Shown: positions 25,069 to 32,672 of the stretch, one piece after another
How the letters are laid out: every line of letters starts with the position of its first letter
Numbering within the stretch: position 1 is the stretch's first letter
Source of the DNA: a virus
IMG/VR virus record: IMGVR_UViG_3300048074_000065
Direction: 5' to 3' (one strand)
DNA length: 64,000 nucleotides
Translations under genes and position numbers: made by a program
Notes under the pieces: generated by a model
Told to the model about the DNA's origin: nothing
The model's input: only the letters and a program-made list of their open reading frames with translations
Database searches by the model: none

Positions 25069-25817
25069 ATAACCTGAGCATCTTCACCACCTGCAAGCCG
25101 ATGGTCGGGCTGGACGCCATCCATCAGGAGAATGCCATTCGGTCGTGGCTGCGTCTCAAGCCCCGCCCCCGGATTATCCTGGTGGGAAACGATGACGGAG
25201 TCATGGAACTCTGCGAACGATACCAGTTAACCTGGGCACCGTCGGTTGAGAAGACTGAATACGGCAAACCCGATGTGGCGGGTGTCTTCCAAGCGGGATG
25301 GAACTGGCGTGGGGACATTAACCCCATCATGGCGTATGTCAATGCTGACATCCTACTCTATCAGGATTTTGTAGATACCCTGGAAGCTATCACTGAGAAG
25401 CATTTTCGTTTTATCGTTTGCGGGCAACGCCTCAATCTGGATGTACCGCTTCGCGCGCATGATCATCAATTGGAGGCGCTGAGGGCGCAGGCGGTGGATC
25501 GGGGGGAATATCTCAAACCTACCGGCACCGATTACTTCGCCTTTTATCCCGGTCGGATGTTTAACTATATTCCATCCGGGCTTGGCATTGGGCATCTGGC
25601 GTGGGACAATTTTATCCCATGGTCTATGGTGGCTTATTACAATGCCATCTTCATCGACGCTACCCGCACGATTGTCGCCGTCCACCAGAATCACCCTGAG
25701 CCGAACTTCGACGGCCATCCCGGCGCGGCGCAGAACCATCGCATCGTCAAGTCCATCGTACCGCCCGAACTACACGCGACGTGTGGCTTGCAACTGCCGC
25801 AAGCCCTGAAATGGTGA
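25065..25817 (+). CDS. putative glycosyltransferase-like enzyme, paralog of the 28616 gene
   Basis: It shares IFT(T)C, SW(L/R)RL, YVN(A/T)DI(L/I)L, GQR(L/Y)(N/D)LD, G(T/I)DYFA, WDN(F/W) and HQNH with the 28616-29341 protein. Confidence 0.4.
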   Translation: MNNLSIFTTCKPMVGLDAIHQENAIRSWLRLKPRPRIILVGNDDGVMELCERYQLTWAPSVEKTEYGKPDVAGVFQAGWNWRGDINPIMAYVNADILLYQDFVDTLEAITEKHFRFIVCGQRLNLDVPLRAHDHQLEALRAQAVDRGEYLKPTGTDYFAFYPGRMFNYIPSGLGIGHLAWDNFIPWSMVAYYNAIFIDATRTIVAVHQNHPEPNFDGHPGAAQNHRIVKSIVPPELHATCGLQLPQALKW

Positions 25818-25830
25818 GGTGAGAACTAAA

Positions 25831-26103
25831 ATGAAACTCTATCAATTCGTTTGGAGCGACCATCATTTTGTTGTTGTCGCGCGAACCCAAAAGATGGCCG
25901 TTAAATTGGCAATGTCGTGGATTCAGGGATTCATCGCAGGAAAACAAGCGGCGGGTCTCGACTTGAAATGGCATGAAATAACCGTGAAAAGTGTACTCAA
26001 AGAATGGCTAAATGGAAAAGGCTTTCTGGGAGTATACTCTGTTGAAAATCCTGCCGTTATCGAATACCCTACTACGTGGTTGTTGGGGTCTCACCATGAA
26101 TGA
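25831..26103 (+). CDS. hypothetical protein (90 aa), AT-richer
   Basis: GAGGTGAG RBS with ATG at 25831. Confidence 0.45.
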   Translation: MKLYQFVWSDHHFVVVARTQKMAVKLAMSWIQGFIAGKQAAGLDLKWHEITVKSVLKEWLNGKGFLGVYSVENPAVIEYPTTWLLGSHHE

Positions 26104-26779
26104 CATCGTGAGTATAGTCCTACCCAGCATGAACCGTCCCGACCGTCTGGTCCACTGCGTCCAGCGCATCCTGGAGACGACCCCCTACCGTCCGCTGGAA
26201 CTCATCGTGGTGATCGACGTGGATACCGAGAGTCGCGACCGTGTGCTGGCGCTCAACGCCTCGCCCGTGATCGTGCTGTTCAACGAGACCCGTAAGGGGG
26301 CGGTAGCCTGCTGGAACCAGGGTCTCAAAGCAGCCAACGGTGATATCCTGTGCTTCTTCAACGATGACTGTGAGCCGGAGTCGGGGTGGCTGGAAGCAGC
26401 GTTGAAGGCGCATCGGGAGCAGTTGGGCGGGTATGGACTCGTCGGTTTCTCGGATGGATACCAAGACGGCAATATCTTATCCGTTCAATATTTATTCGAT
26501 AGAGAATTCTGCATTGACTATCTCGGAGGAGTAATGGCCTATCCAGTATACGAGTTCGCGTGGAATGATACAGAGAGTAATGAGCGTGCTAAGTTGTCGG
26601 GCCATTTCTTTTGGTGTAAAGACGCGGTTGTGCAGCATAGGCATTGGTCAAGAGACGGCGGGAAGATGGATAAGATGAATGAGGAAAATATGAAGATGCA
26701 AGGAAGGGATGGTTATATTTACTACGCAAGGGAGAAACAGGGATTTCCTGACAACTTCATTCCTGTGATTCGGCGATGA
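26096..26779 (+). CDS. GT2-family glycosyltransferase with a compositionally foreign C-terminal third
   Basis: SIVLPSMNRPDRL and FFNDDCEPE. GC content drops sharply from about 26460. Confidence 0.6.
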   Translation: MNDIVSIVLPSMNRPDRLVHCVQRILETTPYRPLELIVVIDVDTESRDRVLALNASPVIVLFNETRKGAVACWNQGLKAANGDILCFFNDDCEPESGWLEAALKAHREQLGGYGLVGFSDGYQDGNILSVQYLFDREFCIDYLGGVMAYPVYEFAWNDTESNERAKLSGHFFWCKDAVVQHRHWSRDGGKMDKMNEENMKMQGRDGYIYYAREKQGFPDNFIPVIRR

Positions 26780-26821
26780 ATACAACTATCTATTATGGTA
26801 TAATTAAGTTTGACAATATAT

Positions 26822-26850
26822 ACCCCGGCAACGCTCTAACGTTCCGGGGT
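26822..26850 (+). other. GC-rich hairpin between the GT2 and HNH genes
   Basis: ACCCCGG pairs with CCGGGGT, with an inner pairing of AACG to CGTT. No T-tract follows. Confidence 0.4.
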
Positions 26851-26876
26851 GCGAGACTGTCTGTAAGGAGACGTCT

Positions 26877-27455
26877 GTGGATGATTATACCCCTACCAAA
26901 CGCTGTAGCAAATGCCACTGCGATTTTCCCGCCACTGATGAGTTCTTTTCTAAAGGGAAAAGATACAAGGATGGTTTGCGCGGACAATGCAAAACATGCC
27001 GTGCGGAATATAATCACGAATACAGGGTAAAAAATATCGAAAGAATAATTAACAGGGATCGTGATTACAGAGACAAGAATCGAGAATTAACCAGAGAGAG
27101 GGGAAGGGCGCATTATTATCGTCACCAGGAAGAAGTCAGAAGAAAAATGAACGCTCGTAGAAAAACTGAACATTACAGGATAATGAGAACGGCTGAAGCG
27201 CATCGTCGGAGAGCTAGAAAGCTGAATGCCACGGGGGTGCATTCTCGTGCTGATATATCCCTGATTTACCAACAGCAAAAGGGAAAATGTTGGTGGTGTG
27301 GCAAAAAATTAAACGAAACATATCATGTAGATCATCGCATTCCACTATCTAGAGGAGGAACTAATTGGCCAGACAATCTTGTGTTGACGTGTCCGCATTG
27401 CAATCTGAGCAAGAATAACAAAATGCCTCACGAATGGAATGGGAGGTTACTGTGA
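26877..27455 (+). CDS. HNH endonuclease, paralog of the 7424 and 21263 genes
   Basis: GTG start. CSKCHCDFPATDEFF...CKTC. Core CWWCGKKLNETYHVDHRIPLSRGGTNWPDNLVLTCPHCNLSKNN. AT-rich gene. Confidence 0.8.
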   Translation: MDDYTPTKRCSKCHCDFPATDEFFSKGKRYKDGLRGQCKTCRAEYNHEYRVKNIERIINRDRDYRDKNRELTRERGRAHYYRHQEEVRRKMNARRKTEHYRIMRTAEAHRRRARKLNATGVHSRADISLIYQQQKGKCWWCGKKLNETYHVDHRIPLSRGGTNWPDNLVLTCPHCNLSKNNKMPHEWNGRLL

Positions 27456-28156
27456 TGCGCGGTCAACTCTGTAGTGGAATGCTGGTCGATCTGGACGACG
27501 CCACCGCGCGCTATGGCGGCTCGTGGCAGGGCTACGCGGACGACTTGCTCCAGGCGTATGACCAGGGCGCGATCTGGGACTTCTGGACGCACGTCCAGGC
27601 CCTCGCTGAGCCGGTCGTGCTGGATGTCGGCGCGAATACCGGGAGCTTCTGTCTGCTGGCGAAGTTTCATCCGGGGATGCGCGTGTGGGCATTCGAGCCG
27701 AACTACGAAGTCCGCCAGGTGCTCGAACACAACGTCGCGCTGAATGAACTGGAGACGCGCGTCAAGGTGCTGCCCTACGCGGCACTGGATTACGTGGGCA
27801 GTGCGCTGTTGACCGTGCCCAACGACGATACGCTGTCGGGGCTGTCGTTTATCGACATACGACCTGCCAATCATATCTGTACGGTGAAAGAAGTGATGGT
27901 GCTTACCCTGGATGTGGTCACCTGTTCAGAGGGTATTACACACGTCGATGCCATCAAGATCGACGTGGAAGGCCGCGAGGAAGCGGTGCTGCGGGGTGGG
28001 GCAGAGATGATCCGGCGTGACCATCCCTTCCTATTCACTGAAGCGACCAATGTACAAAAACAACGCTCCCTGTTAGAATCCTGGGGATATACCGTGAACG
28101 CAGGACCACACGACATTCAATCGGTCTATGAAGCAAAAGGAAACTACTATGGCTAA
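27455..28156 (+). CDS. FkbM-family SAM-dependent methyltransferase
   Basis: VLDVGANTGSFCLLA, WAFEPN and IKIDVEGREEAVL. GGGAGG RBS and a TGATG overlap. Confidence 0.65.
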   Translation: MRGQLCSGMLVDLDDATARYGGSWQGYADDLLQAYDQGAIWDFWTHVQALAEPVVLDVGANTGSFCLLAKFHPGMRVWAFEPNYEVRQVLEHNVALNELETRVKVLPYAALDYVGSALLTVPNDDTLSGLSFIDIRPANHICTVKEVMVLTLDVVTCSEGITHVDAIKIDVEGREEAVLRGGAEMIRRDHPFLFTEATNVQKQRSLLESWGYTVNAGPHDIQSVYEAKGNYYG

Positions 28157-28616
28157 GACAAAACGAGGCGTTCGGAAACCTCAAAGCACGATTGGGCGCG
28201 CGATTGATCTGGAAACCATCGTGCCCCAGCCCATCTCCATCGAGATCATCTACGACGAGAAAGAGTGGGGCAGCACCAAGGCCCGCCGCAAAGCCGAACA
28301 GCGCTCGCTGCGCACGGGAGAGCCGGAAGTTTTGCAGACCGTGCCCGTCGCCCGCAAGGTGCCCGTGCTGCTCATCACCCACCCCGCCACCTGGCAAGCC
28401 GAACACCGCTTCGTGCTGGCCCAAGCGCTGCGGGATATTCTTAAGGAACATCGGGTCAGCGGTGAACTGTACTTCGAAGTCGGCGAGACGGACGACCTGA
28501 TCGAAGGGACCATTGACTTCTGCATCAAGTTCCTGGCGACCTACGGCATGGACGCCGAACGAGCGGTGCGCGAAGTGCCGTGCGTGAACCCGGCTGACCC
28601 GCGCGCCATCTGGTAA
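28149..28616 (+). CDS. hypothetical protein (155 aa)
   Basis: ATG at 28149. Operon context only. Confidence 0.5.
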   Translation: MAKTKRGVRKPQSTIGRAIDLETIVPQPISIEIIYDEKEWGSTKARRKAEQRSLRTGEPEVLQTVPVARKVPVLLITHPATWQAEHRFVLAQALRDILKEHRVSGELYFEVGETDDLIEGTIDFCIKFLATYGMDAERAVREVPCVNPADPRAIW

Positions 28617-29341
28617 TGGACCTGCTCACGATCTTTACCTGCCCGACCCAGTTAGGGTCGCGGCTGACCATCGAGGCGAATGCCCAGCGGTCCTGGCGGC
28701 GGTTGATCCCGTCGCCCTGCGTCCGCTGGGTCCAGGCGTCCACCGTGGCCAAGGACGAGTTTGGCACGCCGCTGGTCAACAGTGTCTTGGCGCAGGGGGA
28801 GGCGCTGGCGTATACCGAGGTAGTCGCCTACGTCAATACCGACATTATTCTGCTGCAAAACTGGCTGCGAGCACTCAAGACCGTGCTCCAGCGCTTCGAT
28901 GGCCCGTTCCTGATGGTCGGTCAGCGCTACGACCTGGACCTGAGCACCAAACTGGCGTTCGAACGGGGCTGGCAAGCCAAGTTCGAACGCCAGGTGCGCC
29001 AGTCGGGGGTGCTGCACCAGGACGCGGGCATCGATTACTTCGCATATCGAAAGGGCATGTGGGGCGACCTGCCGCCCTTCTCCCTGGGGCGCTGGTCCTG
29101 GGATAACTGGCTGGTATGGCGGGCGTTGAACCTGGGCGTGCCCGTCATTGATGCGACGGCTGTAGCGACCGCCATCCACCAGAACCACGACGGGTGTCAC
29201 CGGGGCGTATATGCAGAGGTGCAGCGTGAGCGGAACGCGGCGTTGGTTGGTAGTACGGGCGGACGCCTATGCCGCCTTCGCGATGCCACTCACGTGCTGA
29301 CGGAACGCTACAAAGTCGTGTCAAAAGTTGTCGTTCATTAA
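28616..29341 (+). CDS. putative glycosyltransferase-like enzyme, paralog of the 25065 gene
   Basis: See the shared motif list under 25065-25817. Confidence 0.4.
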   Translation: MDLLTIFTCPTQLGSRLTIEANAQRSWRRLIPSPCVRWVQASTVAKDEFGTPLVNSVLAQGEALAYTEVVAYVNTDIILLQNWLRALKTVLQRFDGPFLMVGQRYDLDLSTKLAFERGWQAKFERQVRQSGVLHQDAGIDYFAYRKGMWGDLPPFSLGRWSWDNWLVWRALNLGVPVIDATAVATAIHQNHDGCHRGVYAEVQRERNAALVGSTGGRLCRLRDATHVLTERYKVVSKVVVH

Positions 29342-29391
29342 CGGAACCTTCGCGTACCATTGTTTGTTTGCTATCGTTGCGATATACAGCA

Positions 29392-29420
29392 TTGACATAC
29401 CATTGGTGAAGCGCTAAGAT
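29392..29420 (+). promoter_or_regulatory. consensus sigma70-type promoter, TTGACA-17-TAAGAT
   Basis: Exact -35 element and 17-nt spacer. The predicted +1 is near 29427. Confidence 0.65.
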
Positions 29421-29426
29421 GAAAGT

Positions 29427-29624
29427 GGGAACTATGGATCGTGAACTTGATCCAGAGCAGTTGATGGAACTGCGACGTGCGGTGATCATGCTGCTGCGAG
29501 TGTTGGACAAGGTGCTGGGGTTACCCCAAACCATCCCGCCCAAAGAAGAACGACACCCACGAAAGTAACCTAGCCCCCGGTTAACCTGCGGCTGAAGGGT
29601 CCGACGACCTTCAGCCGTTTTTTG
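29427..29624 (+). ncRNA. short (~197 nt) promoter-to-terminator transcript; contains a 44-codon ORF (29434-29568)
   Basis: Bounded by promoter 29392-29420 and terminator 29590-29624. The ORF MDRELDPEQLMELRRAVIMLLRVLDKVLGLPQTIPPKEERHPRK would have only about 7 nt of leader. Confidence 0.3.
29590..29624 (+). terminator. strong intrinsic terminator immediately upstream of the head genes
   Basis: GGCTGAAGG(GT)-CCGACG-(A)CCTTCAGCC followed by GTTTTTTGTG. It ends about 20 nt before the 29644 ATG. Confidence 0.75.
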
Positions 29625-29643
29625 TGTTGAGGAGGGATGGCCT

Positions 29644-31041
29644 ATGCCGTTCATGGTGGTGAAGAAAGAAAACGAGTGGTGCGTCTACACCCAGGATGCC
29701 GATGGCAAGCCGACCGGTGAGGAACACGGATGTCACGACTCGGAGAGCGGCGCGCAGGAGCAGATGAAGGCGCTGTATGCCAACGTGCCGGAAGCGCGCG
29801 AAGCGGTCGAGGAAGCCACTCAGGAAACACCTCGCCTCATTCTGCGCGAGTTCAGCATCACCGATCTGCGTGCGAAAGAGCCGGACATTCCGACGGCTCC
29901 GGGCATCGACCTGGCGGCACTCACCAAAGGCGACGCCGAGCCGTATTTCATCACCCTGGCGGTCGGTGAAATCGGACGGGTCTCGTCCAATGGGCTGGAT
30001 TATGACGAGACGCTGGTCAAGGGCATCGTCGAACAAATCAACACCAAACATCCCGGCGGTATCATGGGGCACATCAAGCCCGAAGAGCGGTCCACCGCGT
30101 TCCCTCCGCCCGAAGTGTACTGGATTGGGGCCAAGATGGTAGGCGAAACGGCCTACGCCAAAGCCTACGTCCCGCCCGGCAAAGCCAAAGACTATGTGTG
30201 GCGGCAGAAAGCCATCATGGGCAAAGTGGCCACCAGCATCTTTGGACCGTTCACTGCGCAGATGAAGTCGGACGAAAAGAAATCCTGGAAGGCGCAGGGG
30301 TTCGAGTTGGAGTCGCTGGACCTTGCCCCTTGGGAGCGCGCAGCCTTACGGTTAACCGGCACGTTCCACGTGACCAGTCAAATGGAAGCGGGGATCGTAC
30401 CTGAATTTACTTCGACATCCTGGGACTTGCTTACGGGTGTGCCCGTCACCCAGGACATAGCTCAGGAGGTCACTATGCCTGACAAAGCGGCAGTGCTGGC
30501 CGAGTTGACGGCGGACGAGCTTCAAACCGTCCCCGCCTTCGCCGCATTGCGCGAGACGATTGTCGCCGGGGTGACGCAGGAACAGGAATCCCGCGTTGCC
30601 GAACTGACTCAGCAGATCGCGGGCAAGGATGCGCGCATTGCTGAACTAGAGGCCGATAACACGGTCAAAACCCAACTGGTCGCGGAATTTCAGCGGGGCA
30701 AGTTTGACGCCGATCTGAAAGCGCACATCGCTGAACTCACCGCCTGGAATACCAACGGCAAGCCGGAAGCGACCGAGAAGTTGAACGCGCTGCGGGCCGC
30801 CATCTACACCCTGGCCCAGTCCAAACTGGGGGGCGTGGTGATGGAGATGGAGCAGGCCAAACCGCAACTGGAAGAGCTGATGACGGGCGACCTGAAGGTC
30901 CTGGTCGAAATGACGCGCGACAACCTCGCCGGTCCCGCCATTCGGATCGGGGGGGTGGGGCGCGAAGGCGTACAGAAACCCGTGGAACCCACCGAGGAAG
31001 ATTCCAAGAAGGCTGTTCAGTCCTTTGGGCTGACGGCATAG
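29644..31041 (+). CDS. prohead protease/scaffolding fusion protein (putative)
   Basis: GAGGAGGG RBS. N-terminal globular part (…SSNGLDYDETL…GGIMGHIKPEE…) and C-terminal coiled coil (…VAELTQQIAGKDARIAELEADN…). It precedes the decoration and capsid genes. Confidence 0.45.
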   Translation: MPFMVVKKENEWCVYTQDADGKPTGEEHGCHDSESGAQEQMKALYANVPEAREAVEEATQETPRLILREFSITDLRAKEPDIPTAPGIDLAALTKGDAEPYFITLAVGEIGRVSSNGLDYDETLVKGIVEQINTKHPGGIMGHIKPEERSTAFPPPEVYWIGAKMVGETAYAKAYVPPGKAKDYVWRQKAIMGKVATSIFGPFTAQMKSDEKKSWKAQGFELESLDLAPWERAALRLTGTFHVTSQMEAGIVPEFTSTSWDLLTGVPVTQDIAQEVTMPDKAAVLAELTADELQTVPAFAALRETIVAGVTQEQESRVAELTQQIAGKDARIAELEADNTVKTQLVAEFQRGKFDADLKAHIAELTAWNTNGKPEATEKLNALRAAIYTLAQSKLGGVVMEMEQAKPQLEELMTGDLKVLVEMTRDNLAGPAIRIGGVGREGVQKPVEPTEEDSKKAVQSFGLTA

Positions 31042-31054
31042 GTAGGAGGACACT

Positions 31055-31483
31055 ATGGGAAGCATTACGGTTACCAGCAAAGATGTCTGCTACCTGGATG
31101 CGCCGTATCACCCGCCGATGAACGTCATTGCGGGCGCGGCCATGACAGTGGGCTACGCGGTCTATCTGGACTCCAGTGGCTACGCCCAGCACGCTGACGC
31201 GGACTTGTCGGCGGTTGGGGCGCGGGTCATTGGCATTTTGGTCGCCTCGAAAGATGGCGAAACGTCGGTTACCTCTGGCGACCGATGTTCGATTGCGGTC
31301 TGGGGTCGCGTCTCTGGCTACGCCAGCATGACCCCCGGCGCTCCGGTGTACATTTCGAAAACGGTTGGACGCCTGGATCAAACGGCCCCGACCGGCGGCG
31401 CGTATCCCAATGCGATTGGGCGCGCGGAGTCGGCGACGACCATCTTCATCAACTGGAACGCCACCGACGCCACCAGCGTCTAA
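31055..31483 (+). CDS. head decoration/cement protein, DUF2190-like (putative)
   Basis: 142 aa, between the scaffold and the major capsid gene. Pattern AGAAMTVGYAVYLD...VIGILV...GDRCSIAVWGRV. Confidence 0.5.
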   Translation: MGSITVTSKDVCYLDAPYHPPMNVIAGAAMTVGYAVYLDSSGYAQHADADLSAVGARVIGILVASKDGETSVTSGDRCSIAVWGRVSGYASMTPGAPVYISKTVGRLDQTAPTGGAYPNAIGRAESATTIFINWNATDATSV

Positions 31484-31495
31484 CAGGAGGACGAT

Positions 31496-32632
31496 ATGGG
31501 AACAACTCTGGGTTATGAATCCATTCTGAATCTCGCCCTCCCGACGGGTGTAGATGGAACGAGACTGGCGCAGTGGGAACTGGCGACCGGTGAAACCTTC
31601 CAGCAGTTCACGCAGCGCTTGGCGACGGCCCTGGCCGCCGTCAATGCGGAGTTCGAGCGCGACTGGGGCCACCTGTTCTTCACGACCGAAGAGCAGATGA
31701 TGGAATACCGCAACGGCGGGACCCCGGCGGCCTCGGCGGAAGTGACCGACATCGACGTGGTAGACCCCACGCACGAGACAACCATCGGCCACCAGATCGC
31801 CCTGCCGGTCTATCAGGAAATGATCGGCGGCACGGATCGCTGGTTCATGGATGCCCGCACGGTGCAGTTGACCACCGACATCGGGGGGAAGATCGACAAC
31901 TTGCGGAAACGCTTCGAAACCGATCTGCTCAACCGGGCGTTCAAAACGACCGAAAGCGCCGTCGGCACGTCGGGCTACAACGTGCCCTGGGTGTACTCGA
32001 CCACCGGCACGGTGGACTATGTGCCCCCGGCCTATAACGGCGAAACGTTTGCCAGCACCCACTCGCACTTCCTGGGCGTAGACAGCAATAGCTACACCTT
32101 TGCTGACATGCTGAACCAGATGGCGGAAACCATCCAGGAACACGGCCACGATGGCACGTACTTCGCGATTGTGTCGCGCACAGACATCAGCAGCTACCGC
32201 GATCTGGCGGACTTCATCCGTCCCCAGGATCAAATGATCACGCACATCGACCGCGCCAGCGAAACCAGCGGGCCGAACTACTATACGACCAACCAACTGC
32301 CCAAGGGCGTCATCGGCGGTTTCTCCAGCGACTATGGCGAAATCCAGCTCTACGCGACGGCGCGCGTACCCACCGGCCACGCCTTCCTGACCAAGAGCTA
32401 CGGGCAGCAGTCTCCCAAGAACCCGTTTGCCGTCCGGATTCGTTCGGCGGCGCGCGGCGGCAAGGGCTTCGGCTGCTACATCGCAGCGGTCACCGGGGAC
32501 AGCACCATCAGCCCCATCAAGCTCATCCGTATGGAGTTTGAGTACGGGTTGGGCCTGGGTGCGGATCGCACCAATGGCGTTTCGGCCTATCGCGTAGCAG
32601 GCGGAACTTACGCTGATCCTACGATCTCGTAA
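31496..32632 (+). CDS. major capsid protein (putative)
   Basis: 378 aa with a CAGGAGGA RBS. Positioned after the scaffold and decoration genes and followed by a hairpin. Confidence 0.6.
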   Translation: MGTTLGYESILNLALPTGVDGTRLAQWELATGETFQQFTQRLATALAAVNAEFERDWGHLFFTTEEQMMEYRNGGTPAASAEVTDIDVVDPTHETTIGHQIALPVYQEMIGGTDRWFMDARTVQLTTDIGGKIDNLRKRFETDLLNRAFKTTESAVGTSGYNVPWVYSTTGTVDYVPPAYNGETFASTHSHFLGVDSNSYTFADMLNQMAETIQEHGHDGTYFAIVSRTDISSYRDLADFIRPQDQMITHIDRASETSGPNYYTTNQLPKGVIGGFSSDYGEIQLYATARVPTGHAFLTKSYGQQSPKNPFAVRIRSAARGGKGFGCYIAAVTGDSTISPIKLIRMEFEYGLGLGADRTNGVSAYRVAGGTYADPTIS

Positions 32633-32634
32633 TC

Positions 32635-32655
32635 AGAGGGGCCTGGTGCCCCTCT
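32635..32655 (+). terminator. hairpin after the capsid gene (weak terminator candidate)
   Basis: AGAGGGGC-CTGGT-GCCCCTCT. The downstream sequence CTTCACC is only weakly T-rich. Confidence 0.35.
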
Positions 32656-32672
32656 CTTCACCGAGGGACTGA

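Noticed and set aside
15416-29341. The island as a lysogenic-conversion O-antigen or capsule cluster.
   Set aside because: This is not fully excluded. However, no flippase, polymerase, exporter, priming transferase, membrane glycosyltransferase or lysogeny genes were seen. The block also sits in the late head operon, so I favour a cytoplasmic (virion) acceptor.
31496-31560. LALPTG near the capsid N-terminus, and AILTG in the tail tube, as sortase sorting signals.
   Set aside because: Neither fits LPxTG or LAxTG because a residue is missing or shifted. Neither is near a C-terminus.
30737-32380. A 547-aa minus-strand ORF, the longest antisense ORF in the track.
   Set aside because: It lies antisense to the scaffold, decoration and capsid genes. 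Its product is an Arg/Gly/Ala/Pro-rich low-complexity translation, and it has no RBS. This is typical of shadow ORFs in GC-rich DNA.
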